From assembly GCA_944363935.1 (NCBI GenBank), contig CALVVT010000044.1:1-46703 (forward strand): a stretch of DNA of 46,703 nucleotides, in the 5' to 3' direction. Position numbers and translations under genes: made by a program. The DNA comes from an uncultured Bacilli bacterium (GTDB taxonomy: Bacteria; Bacillota_I; Bacilli_A; RF39; UBA660). A model generated the notes under the pieces. The model was not told the DNA's origin. It saw only the letters and a list, made by a program, of their open reading frames with translations, and did no database searches. Below, one piece after another: positions 10,313 to 19,695 of the stretch (its first letter is position 1; each line of letters starts with the position of its first letter).

Positions 10313-10411
10313 CAAATCACCTGATAATATTATACTACATATTGATAAAAATAATAAGAGTTTCGTTGTAACTTTTAAAAATGTATTGTATAATGACTAT
10401 AGGAGGACTGT

Positions 10412-10903
10412 ATGAAAAATTTATATATTGATTTTGATGGAGTTATTGTAAATACTATTGATATAACTTATAAAATGGCTAATAGTTTAGGGATAAAAAA
10501 AGATTATACGAATTATTTACAATTTTTTCAAAATTTAAACTGGGAAGAAGTATTAGAACAAGCGAAACCAATTAATGATAGTTTTAATGAAATAAAAAAA
10601 ATAATTAATTCACATAAATTTAATGTCTTTATTTTGACGCATGTTACATCTATTCATGAAGCTGAAGCTAAAATAAAATTAATTAATAGATATTTAGAAA
10701 ATATTACTATTATAACAGTTCCTAAATCTATTTCTAAAACTAAAGTTCTTAATACTAAAGACGCTATTTTAATTGACGATTTTCCACCTAATTTAGACGA
10801 TTGGGAAAAAAGTGGCGGAATAGGAATTAGGTTTGATTTAGATTTAGATGGTAAAGGACATCAGGTAATCGATAGATTGAGTCAAATTATTTATTTTTTC
10901 TAA
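10412..10903 (+). CDS. HAD-superfamily hydrolase (5'(3')-deoxyribonucleotidase-like)
   Basis: IDFDGVIVNT motif I; ILIDD..NL..W...GG. Confidence 0.75.
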   Translation: MKNLYIDFDGVIVNTIDITYKMANSLGIKKDYTNYLQFFQNLNWEEVLEQAKPINDSFNEIKKIINSHKFNVFILTHVTSIHEAEAKIKLINRYLENITIITVPKSISKTKVLNTKDAILIDDFPPNLDDWEKSGGIGIRFDLDLDGKGHQVIDRLSQIIYFF

Positions 10904-10938
10904 AAAAATTGGTATAATATATCTAGGACAGTGATAAT

Positions 10939-11565
10939 ATGAATTTATGGGAATATGAAGATGCTTTAAATAAAGAAGGGTATAAAGTTATTGCCGGAAC
11001 TGACGAGGCTGGAAGAGGCCCACTTTATGGACCAGTTGTTGCTGGCTGTGTTGTTTTACCGAGAGACTTTAAGTTAGAAGGCTTAACTGATTCTAAAAAA
11101 TTATCCGAAAAAAAACGAGAAAAATTTTATGATTATATAACTAAAAATACCATATGGGCAGTTGGTATTGTATCTGCTAAAGAAATCGATAAAATTAACA
11201 TTTATGAAGCTAGCCGTAAAGCTATGATTATGGCCATTAACGAAGTTCGAAAACAAATAAATGTTGATTATGTTATTACTGATGCGATGCCTATTGATTT
11301 AGATATTCCGGTAAAAGATATTATTAAAGGTGATGCGAAAAGTATAACTATAGCGGCAGCTAGTGTAATTGCTAAAGTGACTAGAGATAGAATGATGCTG
11401 GAAATTGATAAAAAGTATCCTGAATATGGTTTTAAAAATCATAAAGGCTATCCTACGAAAAAACATTTGGAAGCTTTAGAAAAATATGGATTAATTGATG
11501 GTTATAGATTAACTTATAAACCAGTAGAAAAAATAAAGGAGAAAAATTATGAAGTGGTTAAATAG
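10939..11565 (+). CDS. rnhB: Ribonuclease HII
   Basis: GTDEAGRGPL, DSKKL, KGDAKS.IAAASVIAKVTRD. Confidence 0.96.
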   Translation: MNLWEYEDALNKEGYKVIAGTDEAGRGPLYGPVVAGCVVLPRDFKLEGLTDSKKLSEKKREKFYDYITKNTIWAVGIVSAKEIDKINIYEASRKAMIMAINEVRKQINVDYVITDAMPIDLDIPVKDIIKGDAKSITIAAASVIAKVTRDRMMLEIDKKYPEYGFKNHKGYPTKKHLEALEKYGLIDGYRLTYKPVEKIKEKNYEVVK

Positions 11566-11752
11566 AGGTTTTAATAAAAGTCCTGGAGAAATAGGTGAAG
11601 AAATATTTAAACAAACACATAAAAAAATAGAATTTCGTGATGAAAAAAAAGAATTAAATGATTATTGTCAAAAAAAAGCAAATGATTCTAGTAAAGTTAT
11701 TTCTAATATGACAAGAATGAATACTTTAAATAATTTAAGAAAATTTAAATAG
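11549..11752 (+). CDS. Small hypothetical protein
   Basis: AAGGAG SD inside the rnhB 3' end; fills the gap to the next gene. Confidence 0.6.
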   Translation: MKWLNRGFNKSPGEIGEEIFKQTHKKIEFRDEKKELNDYCQKKANDSSKVISNMTRMNTLNNLRKFK

Positions 11753-11761
11753 GAGGAATAT

Positions 11762-12670
11762 ATGTTTGAAGGAACTGGCAAGTATTTTTTACTGATATTT
11801 TTAGTTTTACTAATAGTTTACATTACTAAAAAAATATCTTTATATTTTATATTTAAAAAGACTAAAACAGAGCCATATAAGGCTTTAATTCCAATTTATA
11901 CGACAATCTCTTTAGTTGATATGCTTGATATGAAAAAAAAGGTATTTTATATGTGTTTAATTCCTGGAATTAATTTATTTTACTATTATCAAATATATAA
12001 ACAGTTACTACTAGCGTTTGGTCAAGATGATAGAGATGCTATTTGGTATGTTTTAATTCCAATGTATAAGTTTCCTGAATTAGCGTTTAAAAATCCTCAT
12101 TTTATTTTAAATGAATATGATTTAACTAGTGGTTTTATTCAAAGTCAAAACGCTTTATTTGAAACGGATAAAGATAAACTTCCCGATAAAATAGAGCTAG
12201 TTAATCTTCAAGATAAAGTTGACGAATATCATGATAAAAAAGCTAATCATGAAACAATAATTACCCCAAATAATTATGAACAAGTACCAAAAATATTTAA
12301 CGAAGGAAGTGATCCTATGCCTGAAAAATCATTATTTAATTATGGCGAAACTAATACAAATACTGATCCTAATGAAGTTTGGAATACTTCAAATGAACCA
12401 GAAAAACCTAAAGAAGAACCTAAAATAATGCCTGAACCAACAATTTCTGAAGATACACAAAATTTTGGGGATTCGGTTTTTACCAATAAAAGTTTAGAAC
12501 CAGATAAAAGGCATGAAAGAGTTGTTGTTCCGGAAAAACATGAAGAAGAAGTAAAAAATCCCGTTAATCCTTATAACGATGGAAGACCAAAACTTTGTCC
12601 TAATTGCGGGGCTAGACTCGCCCATGATGCTACAACATGCTTTTTATGCGGAACTAAAATAGGCAGTTAA
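11762..12670 (+). CDS. DUF5684-like membrane protein with a C-terminal zinc ribbon
   Basis: IFKK....YKALIPIY N-terminal membrane domain; CPNCG...CFLCG. Confidence 0.7.
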   Translation: MFEGTGKYFLLIFLVLLIVYITKKISLYFIFKKTKTEPYKALIPIYTTISLVDMLDMKKKVFYMCLIPGINLFYYYQIYKQLLLAFGQDDRDAIWYVLIPMYKFPELAFKNPHFILNEYDLTSGFIQSQNALFETDKDKLPDKIELVNLQDKVDEYHDKKANHETIITPNNYEQVPKIFNEGSDPMPEKSLFNYGETNTNTDPNEVWNTSNEPEKPKEEPKIMPEPTISEDTQNFGDSVFTNKSLEPDKRHERVVVPEKHEEEVKNPVNPYNDGRPKLCPNCGARLAHDATTCFLCGTKIGS

Positions 12671-12696
12671 TACCTGCTTTTTTGATAAGGAAAAAA

Positions 12697-13911
12697 ATGA
12701 ATAAAATAATAATGCACATTGATGTTAATAATGCTTTTCTTTCATGGAGCGCGGTTTTACTTTTAAAACAAGGTTATAAAGAAGATATAAGAAATACTTA
12801 TGCTATTATAGGTGGCGACGAAAAATCAAGACATGGTATTGTTCTAGCTAAATCAACACCAGCTAAACAGAAAGGAATTGTAACTGCTGAAACGATATTT
12901 TCAGCTAAAAAGAAATGCCCAAACTTAAAAATATATCCCCCTAATTATAATTTTTATAAAAAAATGAGTGATAGTTTATTTAATTTAATTAGTAAATATA
13001 CACCAGATATAGAGAAAATGAGTATTGACGAATGTTTTATTGATTACACTCCCGTTAAACATTTATATGGTAATGAAATAGATTTTGCCTATAAGTTAAA
13101 AAAAGAAATAAAAGATACTTTAGGTTTTACCGTTAATATTGGTATTGCTAATAATAAAATATGTGCGAAAATGGCTTCTGATTTATCTAAACCTGATAAA
13201 GTTCATACTTTGTTTTCTAATGAAATTAAAACTAAAATGTGGCCACTTCCTATTAATAAATTATTTGGAATAGGTAAAAGAAGCACGATAAAACTTCAAA
13301 ATTTAGGGATTAAAACCATAGCCGATTTAGCAAGTTTCCCGGAAAAAATTCTTTATAAAACTTTTAAAAATCAAAGTATTGATATGATAAATGCAGCTAA
13401 TGGAATTGGTTCTGATTTTGTTGATAGTAGTTATCTAGAACCTAAAGGTATTGGTAATGAAACAACTTTAAAAAACAATATTTATACTAAAGAAGAACTT
13501 TATCCTTATTTATTAGCTTTATCAGAAAATGTTACCTTAAGACTTCGTAAACAAGATAAATATGCTTATGTAGTAGTTGTTACTTTAAAAGATAAATTTT
13601 TTAAAAGAAAAAGCCATCAAAAAAAATTAGTAAATGCTACTAATATTACCGAAGAAGTTTATCAAACAGCAGTAAATATTTTAAATGAAATGGATATTGG
13701 TGAAGGAGTTAGATTAATAGGGGTTAGACTTAATAATTTAACTGATTACTCTAACCATCAAGTTTCTTTATTTGAAAATATTGATAAAAGAGATAATAAT
13801 TCTTCTTTAGAAAAAGCTGTGGATAATTTAAAAGAAAAATATGGTTTTAAAATTATCGATAAAGCATCTTTATCAGATGTTAAAGTAGGAAAAAAGTATT
13901 TAAATAAATAA
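12697..13911 (+). CDS. dinB: DNA polymerase IV (Y family)
   Basis: MHIDVNNAF, SIDECFID, AKMASDLSKPD, VRLIGV. Confidence 0.93.
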   Translation: MNKIIMHIDVNNAFLSWSAVLLLKQGYKEDIRNTYAIIGGDEKSRHGIVLAKSTPAKQKGIVTAETIFSAKKKCPNLKIYPPNYNFYKKMSDSLFNLISKYTPDIEKMSIDECFIDYTPVKHLYGNEIDFAYKLKKEIKDTLGFTVNIGIANNKICAKMASDLSKPDKVHTLFSNEIKTKMWPLPINKLFGIGKRSTIKLQNLGIKTIADLASFPEKILYKTFKNQSIDMINAANGIGSDFVDSSYLEPKGIGNETTLKNNIYTKEELYPYLLALSENVTLRLRKQDKYAYVVVVTLKDKFFKRKSHQKKLVNATNITEEVYQTAVNILNEMDIGEGVRLIGVRLNNLTDYSNHQVSLFENIDKRDNNSSLEKAVDNLKEKYGFKIIDKASLSDVKVGKKYLNK

Positions 13912-13912
13912 T

Positions 13913-14149
13913 TTATATATCTTTTCTATCTAAATCTTTAGCATTAAACTTTTCACCTGTTATATTATTTTTAAAATATATAGTATAGCCACATAAATTG
14001 GCTATTTTTTCTATTGTTTCAAAATTTACATCAGTTGTTTCTGTTTCATACCTAGAAAGGGTATTTTGTTTAATATTTATAGCTTTTGCAATATCTTTTT
14101 GATTTAAATTTTTATTAGAACGCATATATTTTAAAACTTTTCCTATCAT
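13913..14149 (-). CDS. XRE-family HTH transcriptional regulator
   Basis: LNQKDIAKAINIKQNTLSRYE; GGTGAT SD before the ATG at 14149. Confidence 0.85.
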   Translation of the reverse strand: MIGKVLKYMRSNKNLNQKDIAKAINIKQNTLSRYETETTDVNFETIEKIANLCGYTIYFKNNITGEKFNAKDLDRKDI

Positions 14150-14256
14150 GTTATCACCAATTAAATTATCTAACAAACGAATAAAATTGTCTGACATATC
14201 CAAAAACATGATATATAATTTCAATATAATATCCCAATATAGGATAGGTGATAATT

Positions 14257-15267
14257 ATGAGAAGACATAGAAGTAGAAGAAGAAATAAGCAAAGAAATAT
14301 TATTATAATTAGTGCATGTACAATTCTTCTTTTTATGACAGTAGGTTATGCGGCTATGAGTACTAATTTAGAGATAAATGCTAAAGGGAATGTTATTAAA
14401 CAAGATACATTAGGAGAAGATTTAATTGAAAGTGCTGGAGTAGTAAGTAGTGGAGATGGTCTTTATAAAGATGCCTATGAAGATAATGTATATACCTATA
14501 GAGGAAGTAATCCCAATAATTATGTTACATTTAATAATGAACTTTGGCGAATAATAAGTGTCAATACCGCAGATAATACAATGAAAATATTAAAAGAAGA
14601 GCCATTGGAAAATAGAGCCTTTGATACAAGTAGTAATGGAAGATATGATGGTCAGTATTGCAATGATAGTGGTGGATGTAATATCTATGGAAGTACAAGT
14701 ACATTATATGATATAAATTTAAGCCCAATTACGACGTTAGCGAGAGAAGTTGGAAAAACAGCTTATAACCTACCTATTAAAGAGGCGTCATTAAATACAT
14801 ATTTAAATGAAACGTATTATAATAGCTTAAATGATATAGCGAAAGAAATGATTGTAGTTGGAATATATAAAGTTGGAATATTAGAATATAATAGTCCTGA
14901 TATGACAACAGATATAAATCGGGTAAATTCAGTAAAATGGAAAGGTAAAGTTGCTTTGATTGATATTACAGAATATGTCAGAGCCAGTACGTATAGTAGT
15001 TGTGAAAATATACATAGTTTGTGGCCACAAAACACACCTTGCGGAAATCAAAATTATATGTTTAGTAATTTTGCGTGGTGGACAATATCACCATATTCTC
15101 ATTTATATTCGAATCGAATATGGTATATTGATAATAAAGGAATATTTTATGGTAGTTATGAAACAGATTATGATTACGGCGTCCGTCCTGTAGTAACGTT
15201 ATCAGGAGAAGTAAAAATAACTTCGGGTGATGGCACGCAAAATAATAGCTACCAATTAAGTTTATAA
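14257..15267 (+). CDS. Secreted protein: SipW-class signal + short N-terminal strand + single DUF6273-like domain
   Basis: FMTVGYAAMSTNLEINAKG; YRGSNPNNYVTFNNELWRIIS; WWTISP...GVRPVVTL...SGDGT. Confidence 0.75.
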   Translation: MRRHRSRRRNKQRNIIIISACTILLFMTVGYAAMSTNLEINAKGNVIKQDTLGEDLIESAGVVSSGDGLYKDAYEDNVYTYRGSNPNNYVTFNNELWRIISVNTADNTMKILKEEPLENRAFDTSSNGRYDGQYCNDSGGCNIYGSTSTLYDINLSPITTLAREVGKTAYNLPIKEASLNTYLNETYYNSLNDIAKEMIVVGIYKVGILEYNSPDMTTDINRVNSVKWKGKVALIDITEYVRASTYSSCENIHSLWPQNTPCGNQNYMFSNFAWWTISPYSHLYSNRIWYIDNKGIFYGSYETDYDYGVRPVVTLSGEVKITSGDGTQNNSYQLSL

Positions 15268-15278
15268 AAAAATATATC

Positions 15279-15551
15279 TTGTATAAATTTATAAGATATG
15301 GTATATTTTATTTAAGGAGGGGCTTCACCTTGTGGTGTTTGCAATGGGTTTGGCAAGCACAGATTATTTAATTGTAACTGTGCTTTTTGTTATTAAAATT
15401 AATAACAATATGATAATTATGAAATTATAAAATGAAAACTCATTATTATGTTTCATAATTATTATTCCTTTCTGTGGTTTGGTTTGCCAAAATCCCCAGA
15501 AATAGGCAGGCACAGAAGGTATAAGAGGCCCCTCTATATATAATTATATTA
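15279..15551. ncRNA. Structured repeat unit 1, type I toxin-antitoxin-like locus
   Basis: Plus-strand promoter TTGTAT-17-TATATT; end-to-end pairing GAGGGGC..ACCTT.GTG / CAC..AAGGT..GCCCCTC; encloses a minus-strand peptide ORF. Confidence 0.5.
15364..15456 (-). CDS. 30-aa hydrophobic peptide MKHNNEFSFYNFIIIILLLILITKSTVTIK (putative type I toxin)
   Basis: AGAAAGGA SD 9 nt upstream; single TM segment; absent from the ORF track. Confidence 0.5.
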   Translation of the reverse strand: MKHNNEFSFYNFIIIILLLILITKSTVTIK

Positions 15552-15579
15552 TTTTTATAAAAAATAAAAAAAAAACATC

Positions 15580-15862
15580 TTGTATAATTTCATACAATAT
15601 GGTATATTCTAAACCAAGGGGGACTTTAATTTTTGAACTCGCAGAATATTTGGTGGAAGTACAGCTTACATAATTATAGTTATAATTATGTTTGTTGTTA
15701 TTAATTTAATCATTAAGACTATTAAGTAACATGATAATTATAGAATGAAAATTCATTATTATGTTTTACAGTTGCTACTCCTTTCTATCGTAACTGTTTT
15801 TAAGGACACTTATGTATTTTTTGAAGGGAAAATATAAAAGGTCCCCCTATATATAATTATAT
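15580..15862. repeat. Structured repeat unit 2, diverged tandem copy with a disrupted peptide ORF
   Basis: Same promoter, AGGGGGAC/GTCCCCCT terminal pairing, shared AATGAAAAyTCATTATTATGTTT and TCCTTTCT blocks; the ATG position reads GTA and the frame stops after 15 codons. Confidence 0.55.
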
Positions 15863-15939
15863 TAAAAGTCAGTTTATGGCTTTTTTTCTTTTAAAAAAAA
15901 GTGTATAATTATAAAAGAAAATATAAATAGAGGTGTATT

Positions 15940-16389
15940 ATGAAAAAAAGAATAATTTTTATTAGTTTATTATTAATAATTGTATTAATAATTATTTTGT
16001 TAATGGTTTTTAATCAAAGAAAAACTGGAAAAGTTGAAATTACTGATATTGAAATCAGTAATACTGAAGGTAATGCTGTTAATGAAAAGAAACCTAGTTT
16101 TAATGATTTAACTGCTACTTTTAACGTTGATTTAAAAGAGGCTAGTGATAGTCTTACCTATTTAATTAAAGTTAAAAATAATGGTAATAGTAAAGTAAAA
16201 CTATATAACGTTGAAATGGATATTGCTAATAATTCTAATATTACTGCTGAAGTTTTAGGAATTGAATCTGGTGATTCTTTAAATGAAAATGAAGAAGCTT
16301 TAATACCAGTTAAAATTGGTTATTTAGAAGATGTTTTGGAAGAAGAAAACGGTAGTTCAGAAATTAAAGTTACATTAATATACAAGTAA
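15940..16389 (+). CDS. Membrane-anchored TasA-like subunit domain lacking the GYAA cleavage motif and N-terminal strand
   Basis: TM followed directly by KVEITDIE...ATFNVDLKEASDSLTYLIKVKNNG, which aligns by eye with the 19065/19696 products. Confidence 0.7.
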   Translation: MKKRIIFISLLLIIVLIIILLMVFNQRKTGKVEITDIEISNTEGNAVNEKKPSFNDLTATFNVDLKEASDSLTYLIKVKNNGNSKVKLYNVEMDIANNSNITAEVLGIESGDSLNENEEALIPVKIGYLEDVLEEENGSSEIKVTLIYK

Positions 16390-16399
16390 GGAGATAAGC

Positions 16400-18538
16400 A
16401 TGAATAAAGAAATAATTGAAAACATAAGTAAAGAATTAAATATAAAGACTACGCAAACAGAAAAAACTTTAAAATTGTTAGAAGAAGGTAATACCATACC
16501 TTTTATTGCGAGATATCGTAAAGAAGTAACAGGTAATTTAAATGAAGAAGAAATTAGACAAATAAATGAAGTTTATATGTATGAAGTAAACTTATTAAAA
16601 AGAAAAGAAGATGTTATTAGATTAATTGACGAAAAAGGGTTATTGACAGAAGATTTAAAAAATCAAATAATGAAAGCTAGTAAACTTGTTGAAGTTGAAG
16701 ACTTGTATCGGACTTTTAAAAAAAAGAAAAAAACAAAAGCTACTGAAGCTATAAAAAATGGTTTAGAGCCTTTAGCTAAACAAATAATGGCTTTTACTAC
16801 TAAATCATTAGAAGAATTAGTAACGCCTTATTTAAATGATAAAGTAAAAACTAAAGAAGATGCTCTTACTGGAGCTGGTTATATAATAGCTGAATGGATA
16901 AGTGATAATGCTTTTTACCGTAAATGGATAAGAAAGTATATGTATAATGAAGGAATTCTTGTAACTAAAAAGAAAAAAAATGCTGAAGACGAAAATAAAG
17001 TATATGAAATGTATTATGATTTTAGTGAAAGAATAAAATACGCTAAAGAGTATAGAGTAATGGCTATTAATAGAGCCGAAAAAGAAAAAATAATCACAGT
17101 TAATATCGATATTGATAAAGATAAAATAATAAATTATTTGGAAAATAAATTGATAAAGAAAGAAGCTCCTTTTAATTATATAATTGTAGATAGTATTAAA
17201 GATAGTTTAAAAAGATTAATCTTACCATCAGTAGAAAGAGAAATAAGAAGTGAACTAACTTTAAAAGCTGAAGACGAAGCTGTTAAAAATTTTGGGCTTA
17301 ATTTAGAAAACTTGTTAATGCAACCACCAATGAAAGAAAAAATGGTATTAGGTTTTGATCCTGCTTATAGAACTGGTTGTAAACTTGCCGTAGTTGATTA
17401 TACTGGAAAACTTATAGATATTAAAGTTATTTATCCTCATGAGCCTAAAAATGAAAAAGAAAAAAGCAAAAAAATATTATTAGATTTAATTGATAAATAT
17501 AAAATAGATATTATTGCTATTGGTAATGGAACCGCATCTCGTGAAAGTGAAGCTTTTGTAGCGGAAACAATTAAAGAAGCTAAACATAAGTGTGAGTATG
17601 TAATTGTTAGTGAAGCTGGAGCTTCTGTTTATTCAGCTAGTAAACTTGCTATTAAAGAATTTCCTAATCTTCACGTCGAAGAACGAAGTGCGATAAGTAT
17701 TGCTAGAAGACTCCAAGACCCGCTTTCAGAACTCGTTAAAATCGACCCTGAAAGTATTGGTGTTGGTATGTATCAGCACGATGTAGCTAATAAAAAATTA
17801 ACCGAATCATTAGACTTTGTTGTGACAAAATCTGTAAACAATGTTGGGGTTAATATTAATACAGCCAGTCCTAGTTTACTTAAATATGTATCAGGTTTAA
17901 CTAAAACAAATATCGATAAAATAATTAAGTACCGAGATACTCATGGTAAGTTTTTAGATAGAGACGAAGTAAAAAAACTCCTTTCAAGTAAAACATATAC
18001 GCAGGCTATTGGTTTTTTAAGAATATTAGAAGGAAATAATATATTAGATGCCACTGATATTCACCCAGAAAGTTATAATATTGTTTTGCGCCTTTTAAGC
18101 TTGTTAAATCTAAATATTAAAGATATAGGAACCCCTGATTTTAATCAAAAATTAAATATCGATATTAAAGAATATGCAGCTAAATTAAATACTGATATTT
18201 ATACATTAGAAGATATTATTAAATCGTTAAAAAAACCTAATAGAGACCCTAGAGACGAAATGCCAAAACCAATTTTGAAAAGCGATATTTTGCATTTGGA
18301 AGATTTAAAAAAAGGAATGAAATTACAAGGAACAGTAAGAAATGTTACCCCATTTGGAGCTTTTATCGATATAGGACTTAAAAATGATGGCCTTGCCCAT
18401 ATTTCTAAACTTACAGATAAATTTATTAAACACCCTAGTGAAGTAGTTAATGTCGGCGATATTGTCGATTGCTATGTTGACGAAGTTAATTTTGATAAAA
18501 AGAAAGTATCTTTATCTTTAACCGAGGTTAAAGCATGA
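16400..18538 (+). CDS. tex: Tex family RNA-binding transcriptional accessory protein
   Basis: GNTIPFIARYRKE, GFDPAYRTGCK, SEAGASVYSAS, C-terminal S1 domain. Confidence 0.95.
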   Translation: MNKEIIENISKELNIKTTQTEKTLKLLEEGNTIPFIARYRKEVTGNLNEEEIRQINEVYMYEVNLLKRKEDVIRLIDEKGLLTEDLKNQIMKASKLVEVEDLYRTFKKKKKTKATEAIKNGLEPLAKQIMAFTTKSLEELVTPYLNDKVKTKEDALTGAGYIIAEWISDNAFYRKWIRKYMYNEGILVTKKKKNAEDENKVYEMYYDFSERIKYAKEYRVMAINRAEKEKIITVNIDIDKDKIINYLENKLIKKEAPFNYIIVDSIKDSLKRLILPSVEREIRSELTLKAEDEAVKNFGLNLENLLMQPPMKEKMVLGFDPAYRTGCKLAVVDYTGKLIDIKVIYPHEPKNEKEKSKKILLDLIDKYKIDIIAIGNGTASRESEAFVAETIKEAKHKCEYVIVSEAGASVYSASKLAIKEFPNLHVEERSAISIARRLQDPLSELVKIDPESIGVGMYQHDVANKKLTESLDFVVTKSVNNVGVNINTASPSLLKYVSGLTKTNIDKIIKYRDTHGKFLDRDEVKKLLSSKTYTQAIGFLRILEGNNILDATDIHPESYNIVLRLLSLLNLNIKDIGTPDFNQKLNIDIKEYAAKLNTDIYTLEDIIKSLKKPNRDPRDEMPKPILKSDILHLEDLKKGMKLQGTVRNVTPFGAFIDIGLKNDGLAHISKLTDKFIKHPSEVVNVGDIVDCYVDEVNFDKKKVSLSLTEVKA

Positions 18539-18948
18539 AAAAAATAATTGTTATTTTAATGCTTTTTCTTTTAACTGGTTGTGATAGTACGGAAGTTTTT
18601 AATAAAAAATGTACGCAAAATATTAATACGCCAGATTTAAATTTTAAACAAAATATTAATTTTACTTACAATAATAAAGATGAATTATTAAAAATAAAAG
18701 TTATCAATAATTATAATGGTGAAGACATTAAGGATATTAAAGATAGTGCTTATGACTATAATAATACTTTAGCTAAAGAATCTTATGCGAAAATAGAAGT
18801 TCTTAATGACGAAGATAATATATACCGTGTAAAGTATATTTTAGATGTTTCTAAAATGGAAAACGAGGATTTAGAACGGTTTAATTTACAAAGAAATTGG
18901 ATAAAATTAAATAATAAAATTAATCAAAGCAATTTTACATGCAAATAA
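18535..18948 (+). CDS. Hypothetical lipoprotein
   Basis: MKK...LLTGC lipobox; ATGA overlap with tex. Confidence 0.8.
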   Translation: MKKIIVILMLFLLTGCDSTEVFNKKCTQNINTPDLNFKQNINFTYNNKDELLKIKVINNYNGEDIKDIKDSAYDYNNTLAKESYAKIEVLNDEDNIYRVKYILDVSKMENEDLERFNLQRNWIKLNNKINQSNFTCK

Positions 18949-19064
18949 AAAAATATCAAAAAATTTTTTATAACATCTTGAAAAAATTAATTTATTGTGC
19001 TATCCTATAGTTAATGGTAGGGAATGTGTACTTGCCAAATATTTAAATAGAAAGGACGAAGAAA

Positions 19065-19607
19065 ATGGACGGAAAACGTGAATCAAGAAACAAGAATATT
19101 TTAATAGGAGCTTTAATCGCTGTAGTTCTTATTATGGGAGTAGGTTATGCCGCATTCGCACAACAACTTACTATCAATGGTAGTGCTAACATTACATCTA
19201 CTTGGGATGTACATATCCAAAGTATTGAACCAGGTGAACCAGTTGGAACTGCTTCAAATGTGAGTGCTACTGTTAATCCATCAGATAATACTAAAGCAAC
19301 ATTTAGTGCTAACTTAAAAAGTCCAGGTGACAGCATTACTTATACTGTAACTGTTGTTAATGCCGGAAATATCCCAGCTATGGTTAATACTGATGGTATT
19401 ACATTTACTGAAGGTGAAAACCAAGGTGCTATTAGTTATAGCTATGCTGGAATTAACGATGGTACTAAAGTAGCTGCTAATAATGGAACAGCAAAGTTTA
19501 CAGTAACCGTTACTTATGACGATACTGTAACAAGTCAACCTGCATCTGAAGATTTAACAAATACTATTACTATGGCTCTTGATTTTGTTCAAGACACAAC
19601 AGCTTAA
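19065..19607 (+). CDS. TasA/CalY-like secreted fibre subunit 1
   Basis: IMGVGYAAFAQQLTING; LKSPGDSITYTVTVVNAG; beta-rich; strong AGAAAGGA SD; upstream of the SipW-type peptidase. Confidence 0.75.
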   Translation: MDGKRESRNKNILIGALIAVVLIMGVGYAAFAQQLTINGSANITSTWDVHIQSIEPGEPVGTASNVSATVNPSDNTKATFSANLKSPGDSITYTVTVVNAGNIPAMVNTDGITFTEGENQGAISYSYAGINDGTKVAANNGTAKFTVTVTYDDTVTSQPASEDLTNTITMALDFVQDTTA

Positions 19608-19695
19608 TAAAGTTAAAAAATTATCTGGCAAGTGTTATTCTTTAACTAGTCTTGCCAAAAACATTACACATGAAAAAGTAGAAAGGAAGATATAA

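Noticed and set aside
4279-15267. Complete diversity-generating retroelement
   Set aside because: The domains end in a target-like RP motif, but no reverse transcriptase and no template repeat differing only at adenines was seen in the window
15332-15430. Plus-strand 32-codon GTG ORF after AAGGAGG in repeat unit 1
   Set aside because: Not preserved in unit 2, whereas the minus-strand SD and first codons are; not fully excluded
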